Shown here piece by piece: positions 11,978 through 23,193 of a stretch of DNA of 32,000 nt; the stretch's first letter is position 1; every line of letters begins with the position of its first letter. The DNA is from Raphidiopsis brookii D9 (lineage in GTDB: Bacteria; Cyanobacteriota; Cyanobacteriia; Cyanobacteriales; Nostocaceae). Position numbers and translations under genes: made by a program. The notes under the pieces are model-generated. The model was not told where the DNA came from, made no database searches, and saw only the letters and a program-made list of their open reading frames with translations. The DNA lies in assembly GCA_000175855.1 (NCBI GenBank), contig ACYB01000005.1, positions 1 through 32,000 of the forward strand. The letters are read 5' to 3'.

Positions 11978-12214
11978 ATGCCACCCATAGAATTTGACAC
12001 TACTCTACCCAGTATTCGACAAATACAAAACTGGATCAAGCAGAAAACTACTGTGCAGTTTAAATTGACTACCGGTGATACTATCACTGCTAGGATTTTT
12101 TGGCAAGATGTCAACTGTATATGTGTGGTGGATTCTCAAGATGACCATATTACAATTAATAGACTGGCTATTGCCTATTTAAAGGTGTCCCATGACAGCA
12201 ATCCACTAACATAA
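11978..12214 (+). CDS. hfq: Cyanobacterial-type Hfq-like (Sm-fold) protein
   Basis: 78 aa: LPSIRQIQNWIKQKTTVQFKLTTGDTITARIFWQDVNCICVVDSQDDHITINRLAIAYLK; matches the cyanobacterial Hfq pattern and is divergent from dapF. Confidence 0.83.
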   Translation: MPPIEFDTTLPSIRQIQNWIKQKTTVQFKLTTGDTITARIFWQDVNCICVVDSQDDHITINRLAIAYLKVSHDSNPLT

Positions 12215-12227
12215 TAGATATTCAAAT

Positions 12228-14510
12228 TCATTCATGAATATCGGATACGGCTTGTATAGCAAAAGGCTTATCAAGTAACTGTTGCAACTGTTCTGGGTAA
12301 TTTTGAGGCAAATTACCACATAGTAAAACCTGATCCCCAACTCTCAGATCCACATTGGTGGGATTGCCACTTAACTTACCATCCCGACGGATTGCTTGCA
12401 CTTTTATTCCATGATCTTTATAAACCAAATCCGCCAAATTATTACCCAAAATGGGAGAATTAGACCGAACTGTTATCCACTGACAAGCACCTGCTCCCCC
12501 TGGAACTGCAATACTACCCTGGGCAAAATCTACTAAAGCTGTTAGTTCCTCATCTGCACCCACCACTAACAAGCGATCGCCTGATTGTAGTCGTGTACCA
12601 TTATGGGGATAATCTATTTCCGTGCCATCAGCACGACGAATGGCCATTAAACTAACTCCAATGAGACGACGCATATCCAATTCCTCTAGGGTCATCCCAA
12701 TTAAAGGAGAATTAACAGGTAGGTCATACCAACGACGGTTTAAATCCTGGGTGACTTTTTGTAGATGTTGGGAAACTTGAGCAGCAGAGCATTCTGGTCG
12801 TAAGTCCAAATAATGATCTTGACGTATTTGCTGCATTTTTTGCCCTATTATCTCTTTCCCCAATCCCACATCCATTAGTAAGTGGGAGGCCATTTCCAAA
12901 CTAGCTTCAAATTCTGGTTGCACTACCTCCTTCGCACCCAACTGATAAAGTACCTCAATATTTTTATCCTGAGTAGCACGCACCACTAAATCTAATTCCG
13001 GTGATAACTCCAAAGCCCTTTTTAAACATAGACGAATGCTTGTAGGGTCAGGAAGAGCGATCGCCATTGCTTTGGCATAGTTTACTCCAGCAGTTTCTAA
13101 CACGTGAAAACTAACTGCATTACCATATACATAAGGTATTCCCGATTCCCGTAACTGCTGAATTCGACTTTCTGATTGTTCAATCACTACTACGGGTAAC
13201 TGGTAGGGTTCTAGCAAGCGCACCAAATTTTGACCGATACGACCATAACCACAAATTACCACATGATCTTTGGTAGGTAGGTCTTCTGTAAAATCCTCTG
13301 GTCGTTCATCCACTAAATAAGGTTTCAACCAAGGTATAAACTCTACTAAATTAAATAAAAATGGTATGACTCTGAGTACGAAGGGAGTCAACATTAAAGT
13401 AACAGCTGTTGTCCCCACAATCAACAAATACACGTGATGGGAAACCAGTCCCAACACCTGACCCTCACTAGCAAGCACAAAGGAAAACTCACCAATTTGA
13501 GCCAATCCTAATCCGGCAATCAAAGCTGTTTTAAGTGGGTAGCGAAATAATTTAACCAAGGGGTAATAATTAAAAAACTTCCCTAGGAACACCAAAGCTA
13601 CTAAACCGAGAATCAAATCTAGATTTTGCCATAAAAACACCGGATCAATTAACATCCCGATGGAAGCAAAAAACAAACTGGCAAAAACATCTCGTAGGGG
13701 TTCCACAATCGTTAATGTTTCGTCTGCATATTCCACTTCAGAAATCATTAACCCTGCGACAAAAGCTCCCATTTCAATAGAAAGACCCAAATATTCAGTG
13801 AGGATAGCAATAGATAAACATAAGGTCACCACACCCAATAGGAACAACTCTCGACTTTCCGTGCGTGCTAAAAAACGCAATACACGTGGCATTATCCAAA
13901 TACCAGCAACTACAGCACCAGCTGCAAATAAAGCAATGCGCACGATAGCGGTGAACAGTGCTAAACCTATAGATTCTCCTGGTTGATGGAGAGCTGGTAA
14001 AATTGCTAGCATTAAACCTAGAGCTAGGTCCTGAATCACTAAAATCCCCAGCATCACCTGAGCATGAGTTGTCTCTGTTTCATTACGCTCCATCAAACAT
14101 TTGAGAACAACTGCTGTAGATGAGAGAGAAAGAATAGAACCCAAAAATACACCCTTAGCAGGTAAAGTTTCCCAAGCACCGGTAATACCACAAACAATCA
14201 CAGTAGTAATAATAGTGAGAATAATTTGTAATCCCCCACCGCCCAACGCTATAGCCTTTACCTTTTTTAGCTGACTAAAGGAAAATTCTACCCCCAAGGC
14301 AAACAATAAAAAAGCTACACCAAATTGCGCAAGAGTTTCTACTTGCACTACCTCCCTAATTAAACCCAGTCCGGTGGGTCCAACAATCATTCCTCCCACC
14401 AAATATCCTAGGAGGACAGGTTGTTTCAGCAAAGCTGCTAACATTCCACCACAAGTAGCGACAGCAAACACTGAAACCAAATCCACAATCAACCGAAAAT
14501 CTTCTTGCAC
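12228..14510 (-). CDS. Kef-type cation:proton antiporter with TrkA-N (RCK) and TrkA-C domains
   Basis: Repeated TM segments; HVVICGYGRIGQNLVRLLEPYQLPVVVIEQ Rossmann motif; C-terminal TrkA-C-like NNLADLVYKDHGIKVQAIRRDG. Confidence 0.9.
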   Translation of the reverse strand: MQEDFRLIVDLVSVFAVATCGGMLAALLKQPVLLGYLVGGMIVGPTGLGLIREVVQVETLAQFGVAFLLFALGVEFSFSQLKKVKAIALGGGGLQIILTIITTVIVCGITGAWETLPAKGVFLGSILSLSSTAVVLKCLMERNETETTHAQVMLGILVIQDLALGLMLAILPALHQPGESIGLALFTAIVRIALFAAGAVVAGIWIMPRVLRFLARTESRELFLLGVVTLCLSIAILTEYLGLSIEMGAFVAGLMISEVEYADETLTIVEPLRDVFASLFFASIGMLIDPVFLWQNLDLILGLVALVFLGKFFNYYPLVKLFRYPLKTALIAGLGLAQIGEFSFVLASEGQVLGLVSHHVYLLIVGTTAVTLMLTPFVLRVIPFLFNLVEFIPWLKPYLVDERPEDFTEDLPTKDHVVICGYGRIGQNLVRLLEPYQLPVVVIEQSESRIQQLRESGIPYVYGNAVSFHVLETAGVNYAKAMAIALPDPTSIRLCLKRALELSPELDLVVRATQDKNIEVLYQLGAKEVVQPEFEASLEMASHLLMDVGLGKEIIGQKMQQIRQDHYLDLRPECSAAQVSQHLQKVTQDLNRRWYDLPVNSPLIGMTLEELDMRRLIGVSLMAIRRADGTEIDYPHNGTRLQSGDRLLVVGADEELTALVDFAQGSIAVPGGAGACQWITVRSNSPILGNNLADLVYKDHGIKVQAIRRDGKLSGNPTNVDLRVGDQVLLCGNLPQNYPEQLQQLLDKPFAIQAVSDIHE

Positions 14511-14600
14511 GGAGGTTCCATCATAAATATAAAGATTATTGATCTTAGTTTACAAAACTTTTCATTTTTTTATCCTGGAGAGTGTGGGAAAAATACTCAT

Positions 14601-14810
14601 TTACCCTCCACCCACAATGGTAACAATTTCCAGGTGGTCACCATCCTGGATTTGGGTTTGTGACCAAAATTGATGGTGTAAAATTTCACCATTGTATTCC
14701 ACAGCTACCAACCGAGGGTTAAAACCCAGTTTTTCAAGTAATTCTGGTAAAAAAGTTGCTGGTGGAAAAGTTCGACTTTCTCCATTTACTTGTAAGGTAA
14801 CATACATCAT
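14601..14810 (-). CDS. thiS: Sulfur carrier protein ThiS
   Basis: 69 aa, MMYVTLQVNGESRTFPP...PRLVAVEYNGEILHHQFW...IQDGDHLEIVTIVGGG*; terminal GG and ThiS-like fold signature. Confidence 0.9.
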   Translation of the reverse strand: MMYVTLQVNGESRTFPPATFLPELLEKLGFNPRLVAVEYNGEILHHQFWSQTQIQDGDHLEIVTIVGGG

Positions 14811-14841
14811 TTTTTGTAAACCCCAACTTTTTGAATAGTTT

Positions 14842-17442
14842 CTATTGGCCCGATCTTAATCCTAGGGCAATTTTGCTGTGTTTTTCGATTTGTCCCATCA
14901 CTTGTTTGGCCCTTTCAATAACTACTGGTGGCAAACCCGCTAGTCTCCCCGCTTCTATCCCATAAGACTTATCCGCACCACCAGGTTGCACTTGATGCAA
15001 AAAGATAATTTGGTCTGGTAATTCTTTCACGGTTACTTGATAGTTGGCTACGTTACTAAGAATACTTGCTAACTCGTTTAATTCATGATAGTGGGTGGCA
15101 AAAACAGTGCGAGCTTTAATCTCCGCTGCTAAATATTCTGCTACTGCCCAGGCAATTGATAAACCATCAAATGTTGCTGTTCCTCTACCAATTTCATCTA
15201 ATAACACTAAAGAATTAGCAGTGGCATGATTTAGTATGTTAGCGGTTTCATTCATTTCTACCATGAATGTGGACTGACCCGTGGAAAGATCATCTACTGC
15301 ACCCACACGAGTAAAAATGCGATCGCAAATTCCTAACCGAGCAGACTTAGCGGGTACAAAACTACCAATTTGGGCCATTAACTGAATCAAACCTAACTGG
15401 CGTAGGTAACAACTTTTACCACTAGCATTAGGACCAGTTAAGATAACTAGGTCAGGATAGGACACAGTTTGCTCTTGGGGATCCTGAGGTAGGGTTGTTC
15501 CACTACCGAGTCTAGTGGAGTTGGGAACGAAAAATCCTGCAGGTAAGGACTTTTCAACTACAGGATGACGACCATCAATAATTTCTAACTCCCTTCCCTG
15601 TAACATTTGGGGACGACAATAACCCTGATGTACTGCCAATTCTGCTAAACCACATAATACGTCAGCAGCAGCTACCGCACGAGAAATGTCCCGAATTGTT
15701 TCTGCATGGGAACCAACCTCATCCCGTAGGTTAGCAAATACTTCATATTCCAACTGATTTAAATCATCTCTAGCTGTTAATATTCTAGCCTCCCTTTCTT
15801 TTAATTCGGGGGTAATATAACGCTCTTCATTGGTTAGTGTTTGTTTACGAATGTAATTCTCAGGAACTTGATCAGACTTAGAACGAGAAATACTAATATA
15901 ATAACCAAAAGTCTTATTGAATCCCACCTTTAAAGTGGGAATTCCCGTTCTTGCTCTTTCATCAACTTCTAAGGTTGCTATCCAATGTTGATCTGCTTCT
16001 ACTGTGGCTTTCCTCTCATCTAATATACGATCAACTCCCGAACGAATTAAACCACCCTCCTTTAACTGGGTTGGTGGTGCTTCCACCAGATAAGCATGTA
16101 GCTTCTTACCCAGCTCTTCAACTATAGGTGGAACTTTTTGTAGAACCTTGAGAAATGGCGATCGCGCCTGTGCTACCAGTTGTGACAACTCGGGTAACCG
16201 AGAAAAAGAATCAGCCAGCGCCAGTAAGTCTCGCGCATTGGCGGTTCCAGAACCTGCGCGACCTGTTAATCGTTCCAAATCATAAATTTGCCGTAATAAT
16301 TTCCGTAAATCTTGACGCAGGGGGGTGTTTTCCACCAACTCCTCAATAGTATCTTGTCGTGACCTAATCCCCTTAATATCAATAAGAGGTTGTAACAACC
16401 ATCTTCTTAAAGCCCTTCCTCCCATAGGGGTAGTAGTATGGTTTAAGGCCCACAAGAGAGAGCCATGAAATGTTCCATCGCGTACCGTCTGGGAAATTTC
16501 CAAATTCCGGCGAGTTTGGTGGTCTAAAATTAGATAGTCATTGAGAATATAACTACGTAATAGCTGGAGAGGTACAGAATTTTGCTTTTGGGTGTCCTCA
16601 ATATATTCCAGTAGTCCACCTGCAGCGCGAACTGCCAGAGGGAGATGCTCACAACCAATACCTTCCAGGGAGCGTAATTTAAATTTTTGTAATAATTTAC
16701 TCCTAGCTTCCCCCTGGGAAAAGGGCAATTGGGAGCGCAAACTATAACAAAATGTCGGTGGTAAACATTGAGGAAGGGAAGGTGAAGTTTCTCCTGGTCT
16801 AAGTAGAGTTCCCAGATCTGGCGCATTGGTGGGAAAGAGCACTTCCGCAGGTTGTAATCTCATCAGCTCTTGGGTAAGATTTTCCAACTCACTGCTCTGG
16901 GTCGTCAAAAATTCCCCTGTTGAGATATCAGCGTATGCTAGACCCCAATGATTTGCAGCAATTACTACAGCTGCTAAATAGTTATTGCGACTAGCTTTAA
17001 GCATACCCTCTTCTAACACAGTGCCTGGCGTAAGTATACGGGTAACTTCCCGTTTTACCAAACCTACTGCTTGGGATGCGTCCTCCACTTGATCACAGAT
17101 TACTACAGCATAACCCTTTTCTACCAATTGAGTAGCATAACGCTCCCAAGCATGATGAGGCACACCTGTCATAGCTATCCGACCAACATCACCACCATGT
17201 TTACTGGTTAAAACTAGTTCTAATTCTCTGGATACAATTATTGCGTCTTGGAAGAAAGTCTCAAAAAAGTCGCCCACACGGTACATTAGCAGCGCGTGAG
17301 GATATTTATCTTTCATTTCTACGTAGTGCTGATACATTTTACTCAGCTTACTACGGTCTCCTACCAGGTGGATATCATTAATGGGGATGGTGGGTAGTTG
17401 AATTTCTGGTGTGGTCATAGGAGATGCAGAGTTTTTTAGCAC
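14842..17442 (-). CDS. mutS: DNA mismatch repair protein MutS
   Basis: [84 protein letters not shown]. The start may be an internal Met. Confidence 0.95.
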   Translation of the reverse strand: MLKNSASPMTTPEIQLPTIPINDIHLVGDRSKLSKMYQHYVEMKDKYPHALLMYRVGDFFETFFQDAIIVSRELELVLTSKHGGDVGRIAMTGVPHHAWERYATQLVEKGYAVVICDQVEDASQAVGLVKREVTRILTPGTVLEEGMLKASRNNYLAAVVIAANHWGLAYADISTGEFLTTQSSELENLTQELMRLQPAEVLFPTNAPDLGTLLRPGETSPSLPQCLPPTFCYSLRSQLPFSQGEARSKLLQKFKLRSLEGIGCEHLPLAVRAAGGLLEYIEDTQKQNSVPLQLLRSYILNDYLILDHQTRRNLEISQTVRDGTFHGSLLWALNHTTTPMGGRALRRWLLQPLIDIKGIRSRQDTIEELVENTPLRQDLRKLLRQIYDLERLTGRAGSGTANARDLLALADSFSRLPELSQLVAQARSPFLKVLQKVPPIVEELGKKLHAYLVEAPPTQLKEGGLIRSGVDRILDERKATVEADQHWIATLEVDERARTGIPTLKVGFNKTFGYYISISRSKSDQVPENYIRKQTLTNEERYITPELKEREARILTARDDLNQLEYEVFANLRDEVGSHAETIRDISRAVAAADVLCGLAELAVHQGYCRPQMLQGRELEIIDGRHPVVEKSLPAGFFVPNSTRLGSGTTLPQDPQEQTVSYPDLVILTGPNASGKSCYLRQLGLIQLMAQIGSFVPAKSARLGICDRIFTRVGAVDDLSTGQSTFMVEMNETANILNHATANSLVLLDEIGRGTATFDGLSIAWAVAEYLAAEIKARTVFATHYHELNELASILSNVANYQVTVKELPDQIIFLHQVQPGGADKSYGIEAGRLAGLPPVVIERAKQVMGQIEKHSKIALGLRSGQ

Positions 17443-17551
17443 TTTATTTTTGCACTATTTGCCATTATAGCTTTAGAGATGGGAACTTGATGATTATTTA
17501 ATGTTTCTTATTAATGTTTTTTAACTCATAGCTTTGACCTGAAGGTTAGGG

Positions 17552-18643
17552 TCAGCTAGGGGTGGTGATCTTTCCCTCCATAGAATCAGTCTGTAATTGA
17601 CCCTGTCGCCAAATATCAGCAAAATCCTTGATAAAACTGGCAATAGGAATAGCTATTAACAGTCCCAGAACTCCACCCAATTTAGCTCCAACCAGTAAAG
17701 AAATTACTACCCAAACGGGATTTAAACCCGTCAAATTTCCCAATAGTCTAGGGGCAACAATATTAGAATTAATTTGGTCAATTGTTACTGCTATTAATGC
17801 CACTTCTACCGCTTGCCAAAAGTTTTCTAAAGCTATCAATAAACTTACAATCCCAATGCCAATACCCGTGCCAAATGGAAAGAGGGAGAAAAACCAATGG
17901 TAATTCCAAATAATAAGGCTAGGGGGAATTTTCAGAGCTATAAATGTTAGAGTTACGGTCACTCCCAAAACCGCTCCCAAGGTAGCTTGTCCAATGAAGT
18001 AATTCTGAAAATCTTCTTTTAGTAAAGCTCTGGCTTTCACCCCTAGGTAGGTAGGTAACCATCCATATAGACCATCCCACAATTTCTCCCCGTTTAATAT
18101 GAGGTAAATGGTTAAAACAATGGTCAGGATTAAGTTTAGCAAAAACCCAATTGTGTCAAATGCAAAACTTAGGATTTTACCGGTAAAAGATTGGATTTGA
18201 TTAGAAATTTTTTCTAACAATTGTGTGGCTATACCAATAATATTAACAGGTAAGTCCTGTTGGGTAGCTGCCCAATCCAAAAATGCTTGTAATTGCTGAG
18301 TTCCAGAACTTATCCAGGCGGGAAGAATATTGATTAACTCATTCAGTTGCTGAAAAATCAAAGGTAGTAAAATCACGCCTATGGCTCCCAACATCACTAT
18401 TGTAAGAAGTAAAACACCCACAATAGCTAAGATTCTGGGAACCCCTAGGCTGTGAAAAAATTTGATTGGATAATTTAAGACAAAAGATAGTAGAACAGCT
18501 AGAACAACAACACTAACCAATGGTTGAAAATATTTTATCACCTGAATGAGCAACCATCCATTCAGAATAATTATGGGGAAAGCCAAGGCAAAGGTTAACC
18601 AACGAGGTAATTTATTTGTCATTTCCATAAAAGTACATACCAA
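17552..18643 (-). CDS. AI-2E family transporter (PerM-like)
   Basis: Multiple TM segments; FVLNYPIKFFHSLGVPRILAI, IDQINSNIVAPRLLGNLTGLNPVWVVISLLVGAKLGGVLGLLIAIP. Internal segment 17889-17926 is probably in the wrong frame (see findings). Confidence 0.87.
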   Translation of the reverse strand: MVCTFMEMTNKLPRWLTFALAFPIIILNGWLLIQVIKYFQPLVSVVVLAVLLSFVLNYPIKFFHSLGVPRILAIVGVLLLTIVMLGAIGVILLPLIFQQLNELINILPAWISSGTQQLQAFLDWAATQQDLPVNIIGIATQLLEKISNQIQSFTGKILSFAFDTIGFLLNLILTIVLTIYLILNGEKLWDGLYGWLPTYLGVKARALLKEDFQNYFIGQATLGAVLGVTVTLTFIALKIPPSLIIWNYHWFFSLFPFGTGIGIGIVSLLIALENFWQAVEVALIAVTIDQINSNIVAPRLLGNLTGLNPVWVVISLLVGAKLGGVLGLLIAIPIASFIKDFADIWRQGQLQTDSMEGKITTPS

Positions 18644-18650
18644 TTCCCAA

Positions 18651-19079
18651 TTAGCTATAAATGAAATCCAGCATGATTTTCTGATGAATGTGTGCTAAGT
18701 ATCTTACCTGACCAGCTTTGTGAGAATAGCAACTACCAGCCATAATATCTTGATCTGTTAATAAGGCCATGTCCCAACCTTCATATAGGGTGAGTTGTGA
18801 TAACTCTGTTAGTAATGGTGCATGAAACACATGACGAATCACGTTGTCATCAGGATAAATACCAAACTTTGCAAACGTTGATAATTGATAATCTATTTCC
18901 TCCTTGATTTCCCGCACCAGTGCTACTTCCGGGGTTTCACCCAGTTCTAAATGCCCACCAAATAACCCCCAACAACCGGGAGCGGCAATATGGGGAATAT
19001 TATCTCTTAATTGCATGAGATACTGGTGATCTTGGTAGAGAATGACTATGGACACCTCTGGTATTTGATGATTGCTCAT
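18651..19079 (-). CDS. NUDIX hydrolase
   Basis: Nudix box: GGHLELGETPEVALVREIKEEI. Confidence 0.88.
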   Translation of the reverse strand: MSNHQIPEVSIVILYQDHQYLMQLRDNIPHIAAPGCWGLFGGHLELGETPEVALVREIKEEIDYQLSTFAKFGIYPDDNVIRHVFHAPLLTELSQLTLYEGWDMALLTDQDIMAGSCYSHKAGQVRYLAHIHQKIMLDFIYS

Positions 19080-19090
19080 AATGACCCGGT

Positions 19091-19528
19091 TTATTCCTCT
19101 TCTAAGTAAACTTCTCCATATTCCTGCTGATGTAAAGTAATACCCTTATATTTTACCTTACCTTTTATTACTACCTCCTGTCCTAGCTGTAAATTATTTT
19201 GATTTTGCCCAGAATTTTGATTGATCACAACCCAGATCTTACCAGTAGAGTCAGCAATTTGATATGCCTGCTCAGCAATCAAAGGAGCATGTTTTTCAAT
19301 CCTCCCTTGAATATAAACTATAGTTTCTGGGTGGTTCACAGGTTTAATCTTAGCAATGGGCGTAATGTTGGCCCCCATGAAGGTGCGTGAATGAAAATTG
19401 ATCAAGTTACCCTTAGCACAACTACTAATCATTAAAAGTAAGGCTAAGGTTAATACTTGGTAAACAAAACCGAGACTGGTAAGATTAGCAAGTAGTCTAG
19501 AGTTGGTTAGAGGAAAGAATTGTGGCAT
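19091..19528 (-). CDS. Conserved hypothetical, likely lipoprotein/OB-fold-like
   Basis: Lipobox-like LLLMISSC; C-terminal YIQGRIEKHAPLIAEQAYQIADSTGKIWVVINQN...LGQEVVIKGKVKY. Confidence 0.5.
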   Translation of the reverse strand: MPQFFPLTNSRLLANLTSLGFVYQVLTLALLLMISSCAKGNLINFHSRTFMGANITPIAKIKPVNHPETIVYIQGRIEKHAPLIAEQAYQIADSTGKIWVVINQNSGQNQNNLQLGQEVVIKGKVKYKGITLHQQEYGEVYLEEE

Positions 19529-19668
19529 AAATCCGAAACTGATGACGACTTTTTTCCTGTTTTGATTTATATTATCTATATTTCATTCCTAAAAACCTAG
19601 AACTTTTTACCTTGAATGGGAGCTTAATGCCTGTTTTGTGATTAAGATAGCGGAAAAGATCAATAACA

Positions 19669-20550
19669 ATGGAAACGAAAACTGCGAAGATCCTTGATGG
19701 TAAGACACTAGCCGCAAAAGTTCAAAAAGAACTGGCTAAAACCATCACAGAAATACAACCCAAAATAGGCCGTCCCCCTGGTTTAGCAGTGTTGATGGTG
19801 GGAAATAACCCCGCTTCAGCTACCTATGTAGCTAACAAAGAAAAAGCCTGTTATCAGGTAGGAATTGCTACTTTTGGTAGACATTTTCCTACGGAGACTA
19901 GCCAAAATGAACTAGAACAAATCATAGAGGAACTCAACCGTGATCAGCGGGTAGATGGAATTTTAATCCAGTTACCCTTACCCAAGCATTTGGACTCTAT
20001 TGCTCTGCTACATAGAATTCTGCCAAGCAAAGACGCTGATGGACTACATCCAATTAATTTAGGGCATTTAGTCCGGGGAGAAATAGGGATGCGCAGTTGC
20101 ACTCCAGCAGGAGTGATGAAACTGTTGGCAGAATATAAAATTCCCTTAGCAGGAAAACAAGCAGTAGTAATAGGACGTAGTATTTTAGTAGGTAAGCCCA
20201 TGGCACTAATGCTATTGGAAGCTGATGCTACAGTTACTATTGCCCATTCTCGCAGCCAAAACTTAACAACTATTACCCAAAACGCTGATATTCTGGTAGC
20301 AGCAGCAGGTATTCCCGGATTAATCACAGCAGAAATGGTAAAACCGGGCGCAGTTGTGATAGATGTGGGAATAAACCGCATTACTGATGGCAATGGTAAA
20401 GCTCACCTAGTAGGTGACATTGACTTTGTCTCCACTGCTCGGGTGGCAGAATATATTACCCCTGTTCCCGGTGGTATTGGCCCCATGACAGTTGCCATGT
20501 TGCTGCAAAATACTGTTTGTAGCTATTTACAAGTAGCCAATCAGCAGTAA
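19669..20550 (+). CDS. folD: Bifunctional methylenetetrahydrofolate dehydrogenase/cyclohydrolase
   Basis: [71 protein letters not shown]. Confidence 0.96.
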   Translation: METKTAKILDGKTLAAKVQKELAKTITEIQPKIGRPPGLAVLMVGNNPASATYVANKEKACYQVGIATFGRHFPTETSQNELEQIIEELNRDQRVDGILIQLPLPKHLDSIALLHRILPSKDADGLHPINLGHLVRGEIGMRSCTPAGVMKLLAEYKIPLAGKQAVVIGRSILVGKPMALMLLEADATVTIAHSRSQNLTTITQNADILVAAAGIPGLITAEMVKPGAVVIDVGINRITDGNGKAHLVGDIDFVSTARVAEYITPVPGGIGPMTVAMLLQNTVCSYLQVANQQ

Positions 20551-20603
20551 TTAGCATTGATCATTGTTTATCACCATCAACTCAAACTTTTAGGACTCCC
20601 AGC

Positions 20604-21533
20604 ATGGTAGCAACGGATAAAATTCAAAAAATATCACAGCCAGCCCAATTTAACCTCTATGCCTATCTTGGGGAACGACAGCAGCTTTGTGATGCAGCTC
20701 TGGATAAATCCATTCCGCTAGTGTATCCAGAAAAAATCTATGAGGCCATGCGCTATTCGCTCCTAGCTGGAGGTAAGCGTGTACGCCCCATTTTGTGTCT
20801 TGCTACTTGTGAAATGATTGGTGGTACTATAGGAATGGCTATGCCAACAGCTTGTGCCATGGAAATGATTCATACCATGTCCCTAATTCACGATGATTTG
20901 CCAGCTATGGATAATGATGATTATCGACGGGGTAAATTGACAAATCACAAGGTCTATGGGGAAGATGTAGCCATTTTAGCTGGTGATGGACTGTTGGCTT
21001 TGTCCTTTGAATTTGTAGCCACCCAAACCCCTCAAACCGTACCACCTGATAGGACTTTACAGGTAATTGCCAGAATGGGTAGTGCTTCTGGGGCTCCTGG
21101 GTTGGTCGGTGGTCAGGTGGTAGATTTAGCATCGGAAGGTCAGTCAAATATTTCACTGGAAACTCTCAATTTTATCCATAACCACAAAACAGCAGCACTA
21201 TTAGAAGCATCCGTAGTCTGTGGGGGAATTATCGCTGGTGCTTCTCCACAAGATATACAAAAATTGACATGTTACTCTCAAAATATTGGTCTAGCATTCC
21301 AAATTATAGATGATATTCTAGATATCACTGCTACCAAGGAACAACTCGGCAAAACCGCTGGTAAGGATATTGAAAGTGCAAAAGTCACCTATCCTAGTTT
21401 GTGGGGAATTGAAGAGTCAAGGTTGAAGGCCCAAGAACTTGTGGAAGAAGCTTGTGCTCAATTAGATTTTTATGGGGACAAAGCAGTCCCTCTACAGGAA
21501 ATAGCTCATTTTATCATTAATCGCAATCACTGA
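20604..21533 (+). CDS. crtE: Geranylgeranyl/farnesyl diphosphate synthase
   Basis: [44 protein letters not shown] aspartate-rich motifs. Confidence 0.93.
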   Translation: MVATDKIQKISQPAQFNLYAYLGERQQLCDAALDKSIPLVYPEKIYEAMRYSLLAGGKRVRPILCLATCEMIGGTIGMAMPTACAMEMIHTMSLIHDDLPAMDNDDYRRGKLTNHKVYGEDVAILAGDGLLALSFEFVATQTPQTVPPDRTLQVIARMGSASGAPGLVGGQVVDLASEGQSNISLETLNFIHNHKTAALLEASVVCGGIIAGASPQDIQKLTCYSQNIGLAFQIIDDILDITATKEQLGKTAGKDIESAKVTYPSLWGIEESRLKAQELVEEACAQLDFYGDKAVPLQEIAHFIINRNH

Positions 21534-21620
21534 ATTCTTGTTCACCTACAGTCAAGCTACAACCCACTTTCCTTCAACACACAACTGCTGCTCTTAATTC
21601 CATCACCCCACCAAAATACC

Positions 21621-22091
21621 ATGCAGGACATCGGCGATATTTTCTACAACCGAGTGCTACTGGTCGCACTTGTGGCTTGTTTTGTTTCACAAGGATTAAA
21701 ACTCATTTTTGAATTTATCAAACACCGTAAATTAGATCTCCGTGTTTTGGTTACCACTGGAGGTATGCCTAGCGCCCATTCGGCTCTAGTTACAGCTTTA
21801 GCAGCTGGTGTAGGGCAAACTATAGGTTGGTCATCTCCAGATTTTGCCCTAGCTGCAGTTGTGGCTATTATTGTTATGTACGATGCTACGGGAGTTCGCC
21901 AAGCAGCAGGTAAGCAAGCACGCATCCTCAATCAAATGGTTGATGAGCTCTTCCATGAAAAACCAGAATTCTTTCAAGACCGTCTTAAGGAACTTCTCGG
22001 ACACACGCCCCTTCAAGTCCTAGCTGGCTCGGTTTTAGGAGCCACTATCTCCTGCTTGGCAAGTTACTGGTTAACTAAGGCTCCTTCTTAA
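21621..22091 (+). CDS. Divergent PAP2 family protein
   Basis: GGMPSAHSALVTALAAGVGQTIGWSSPDFALAAVVAIIVMYDATGVRQAAGKQA. Confidence 0.87.
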   Translation: MQDIGDIFYNRVLLVALVACFVSQGLKLIFEFIKHRKLDLRVLVTTGGMPSAHSALVTALAAGVGQTIGWSSPDFALAAVVAIIVMYDATGVRQAAGKQARILNQMVDELFHEKPEFFQDRLKELLGHTPLQVLAGSVLGATISCLASYWLTKAPS

Positions 22092-22102
22092 AACTTTGGG
22101 TT

Positions 22103-22126
22103 TGCTGAAAAGTCATCATTTCAGCA
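22103..22126. terminator. Hairpin between convergent genes
   Basis: TGCTGAAA-agtcatca-TTTCAGCA, perfect 8-bp arms between the ends of the PAP2-like gene (+) and ORF 22139 (-). Confidence 0.5.
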
Positions 22127-22138
22127 GGCCCTAACAAC

Positions 22139-22813
22139 TCATTTTAATGTTACTACTGACCGGAGTAACATTACTTTTCTACCATCGGCTAAAATGGCAA
22201 ATAAACCATTTTCGTTCAGCTTTTGTAAGGTTCTGTAGGCTTCTGTTTGATTAGTAGTATATACCGCCAATAAATAGGGACGTTCTCCGTAGGAAACTAA
22301 TCCTACGTTACCCCCGACAATCTTTTGTATATTGCTGGCCAATTCCGGTCGTCGGAAATAATCTACCAAGACCGCAAATCCATCCCCTAATACGGTTGGA
22401 TTATAACTGTAATTATAATTGGGTTTTGGCGGTTCCGATCCTATTGGTTGGGCAATAATGGCCGGCAAACCTATAACGTTGCTGACATATTTTGCCCAGC
22501 GATTAGCATCTTCAACTTTCTTAAAACCACCTACTCTTGTTACTACTTGATCTAGGTATTTACAGGTTACAGATTTTAGTTCCGATGGCAAAACAGTGCG
22601 CAACTGTTCTTGGTTATTAGCTGTGGGGGTCAGAAATAATAACAAATACTCCTCCCCACTGGGCGGTTGGCAAGCAGGAAGGGTGACTTGAGACAGAACC
22701 GAACTGGGATAGCTAACCATCCCAACTAAAAATGCACCTAAAGAAGCAAGCGCACACGATAAATTATTTGGTAGGTTCAGTTTTAGCTTAGTTTTAGGTA
22801 AACGTATTTGCAT
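22139..22813 (-). CDS. Exported conserved hypothetical protein, SPOR-like architecture
   Basis: N-terminal hydrophobic signal; FGERPYLLAVY/VVTRVGGFKKVEDANRWAKYV-type repeats. Confidence 0.5.
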   Translation of the reverse strand: MQIRLPKTKLKLNLPNNLSCALASLGAFLVGMVSYPSSVLSQVTLPACQPPSGEEYLLLFLTPTANNQEQLRTVLPSELKSVTCKYLDQVVTRVGGFKKVEDANRWAKYVSNVIGLPAIIAQPIGSEPPKPNYNYSYNPTVLGDGFAVLVDYFRRPELASNIQKIVGGNVGLVSYGERPYLLAVYTTNQTEAYRTLQKLNENGLFAILADGRKVMLLRSVVTLK

Positions 22814-22866
22814 AGTTTAGTAAAATTGCACCAAAGTAATTATTCTTGGTTTATATGTTCACTTAT

Positions 22867-23193
22867 TTACACATTAGTTAAAGAAGCTAGGGGGTCATGA
22901 ATAGTTCCCAAGGGAGTGGTAAATTCCCCCTCTATAACATGTTCTAAACGTAATTTTAACCAGGTAATAAATTGAGAATCAGTAGAAATAATAGCTACTG
23001 GTAGTTGGGGACATTTTTTCTTAATATCTGACATTTCGGGCGCTTCCAAAAAGGCAGGATTTTTTACTAGCCAGAAGTCTATTTCTTTTTCTCGCTCGTG
23101 GTAATTACGGATGCGTTCCCTTAAAACTTCTTCTAGTGGTTCCTCCTCGAGGAGAAATTTTTGACTAGCTAACACGTAATGATACTTTCCCAT
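22867..23193 (-). CDS. ycf54: Ycf54, Mg-protoporphyrin IX monomethyl ester cyclase-associated protein
   Basis: YHYVLASQKFLLEEEPLEEVLRERIRNYHEREKEIDFWLVKNPAFLEAPEM...FITWLKLRLEHVIEGEF. Confidence 0.88.
   Translation of the reverse strand: MGKYHYVLASQKFLLEEEPLEEVLRERIRNYHEREKEIDFWLVKNPAFLEAPEMSDIKKKCPQLPVAIISTDSQFITWLKLRLEHVIEGEFTTPLGTIHDPLASLTNV

Noticed and set aside
13660-13986. 108-aa ORF antisense to the Kef-type antiporter
   Set aside because: Low-complexity composition and opposite a conserved gene. Likely a shadow ORF.
16530-16826. 98-aa ORF 16530..16826 (-) inside mutS
   Set aside because: Alternative frame of mutS, which is intact and conserved here.
14601-17442. thiS-mutS adjacency as a possible functional link
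   Set aside because: The genes are separated by normal intergenic sequence, and mixed housekeeping neighbours are common in cyanobacteria. No evidence for a joint system.
19944-20393. 149-aa ORF antisense to folD
   Set aside because: Long only because of codon bias in folD; no start context or family match.
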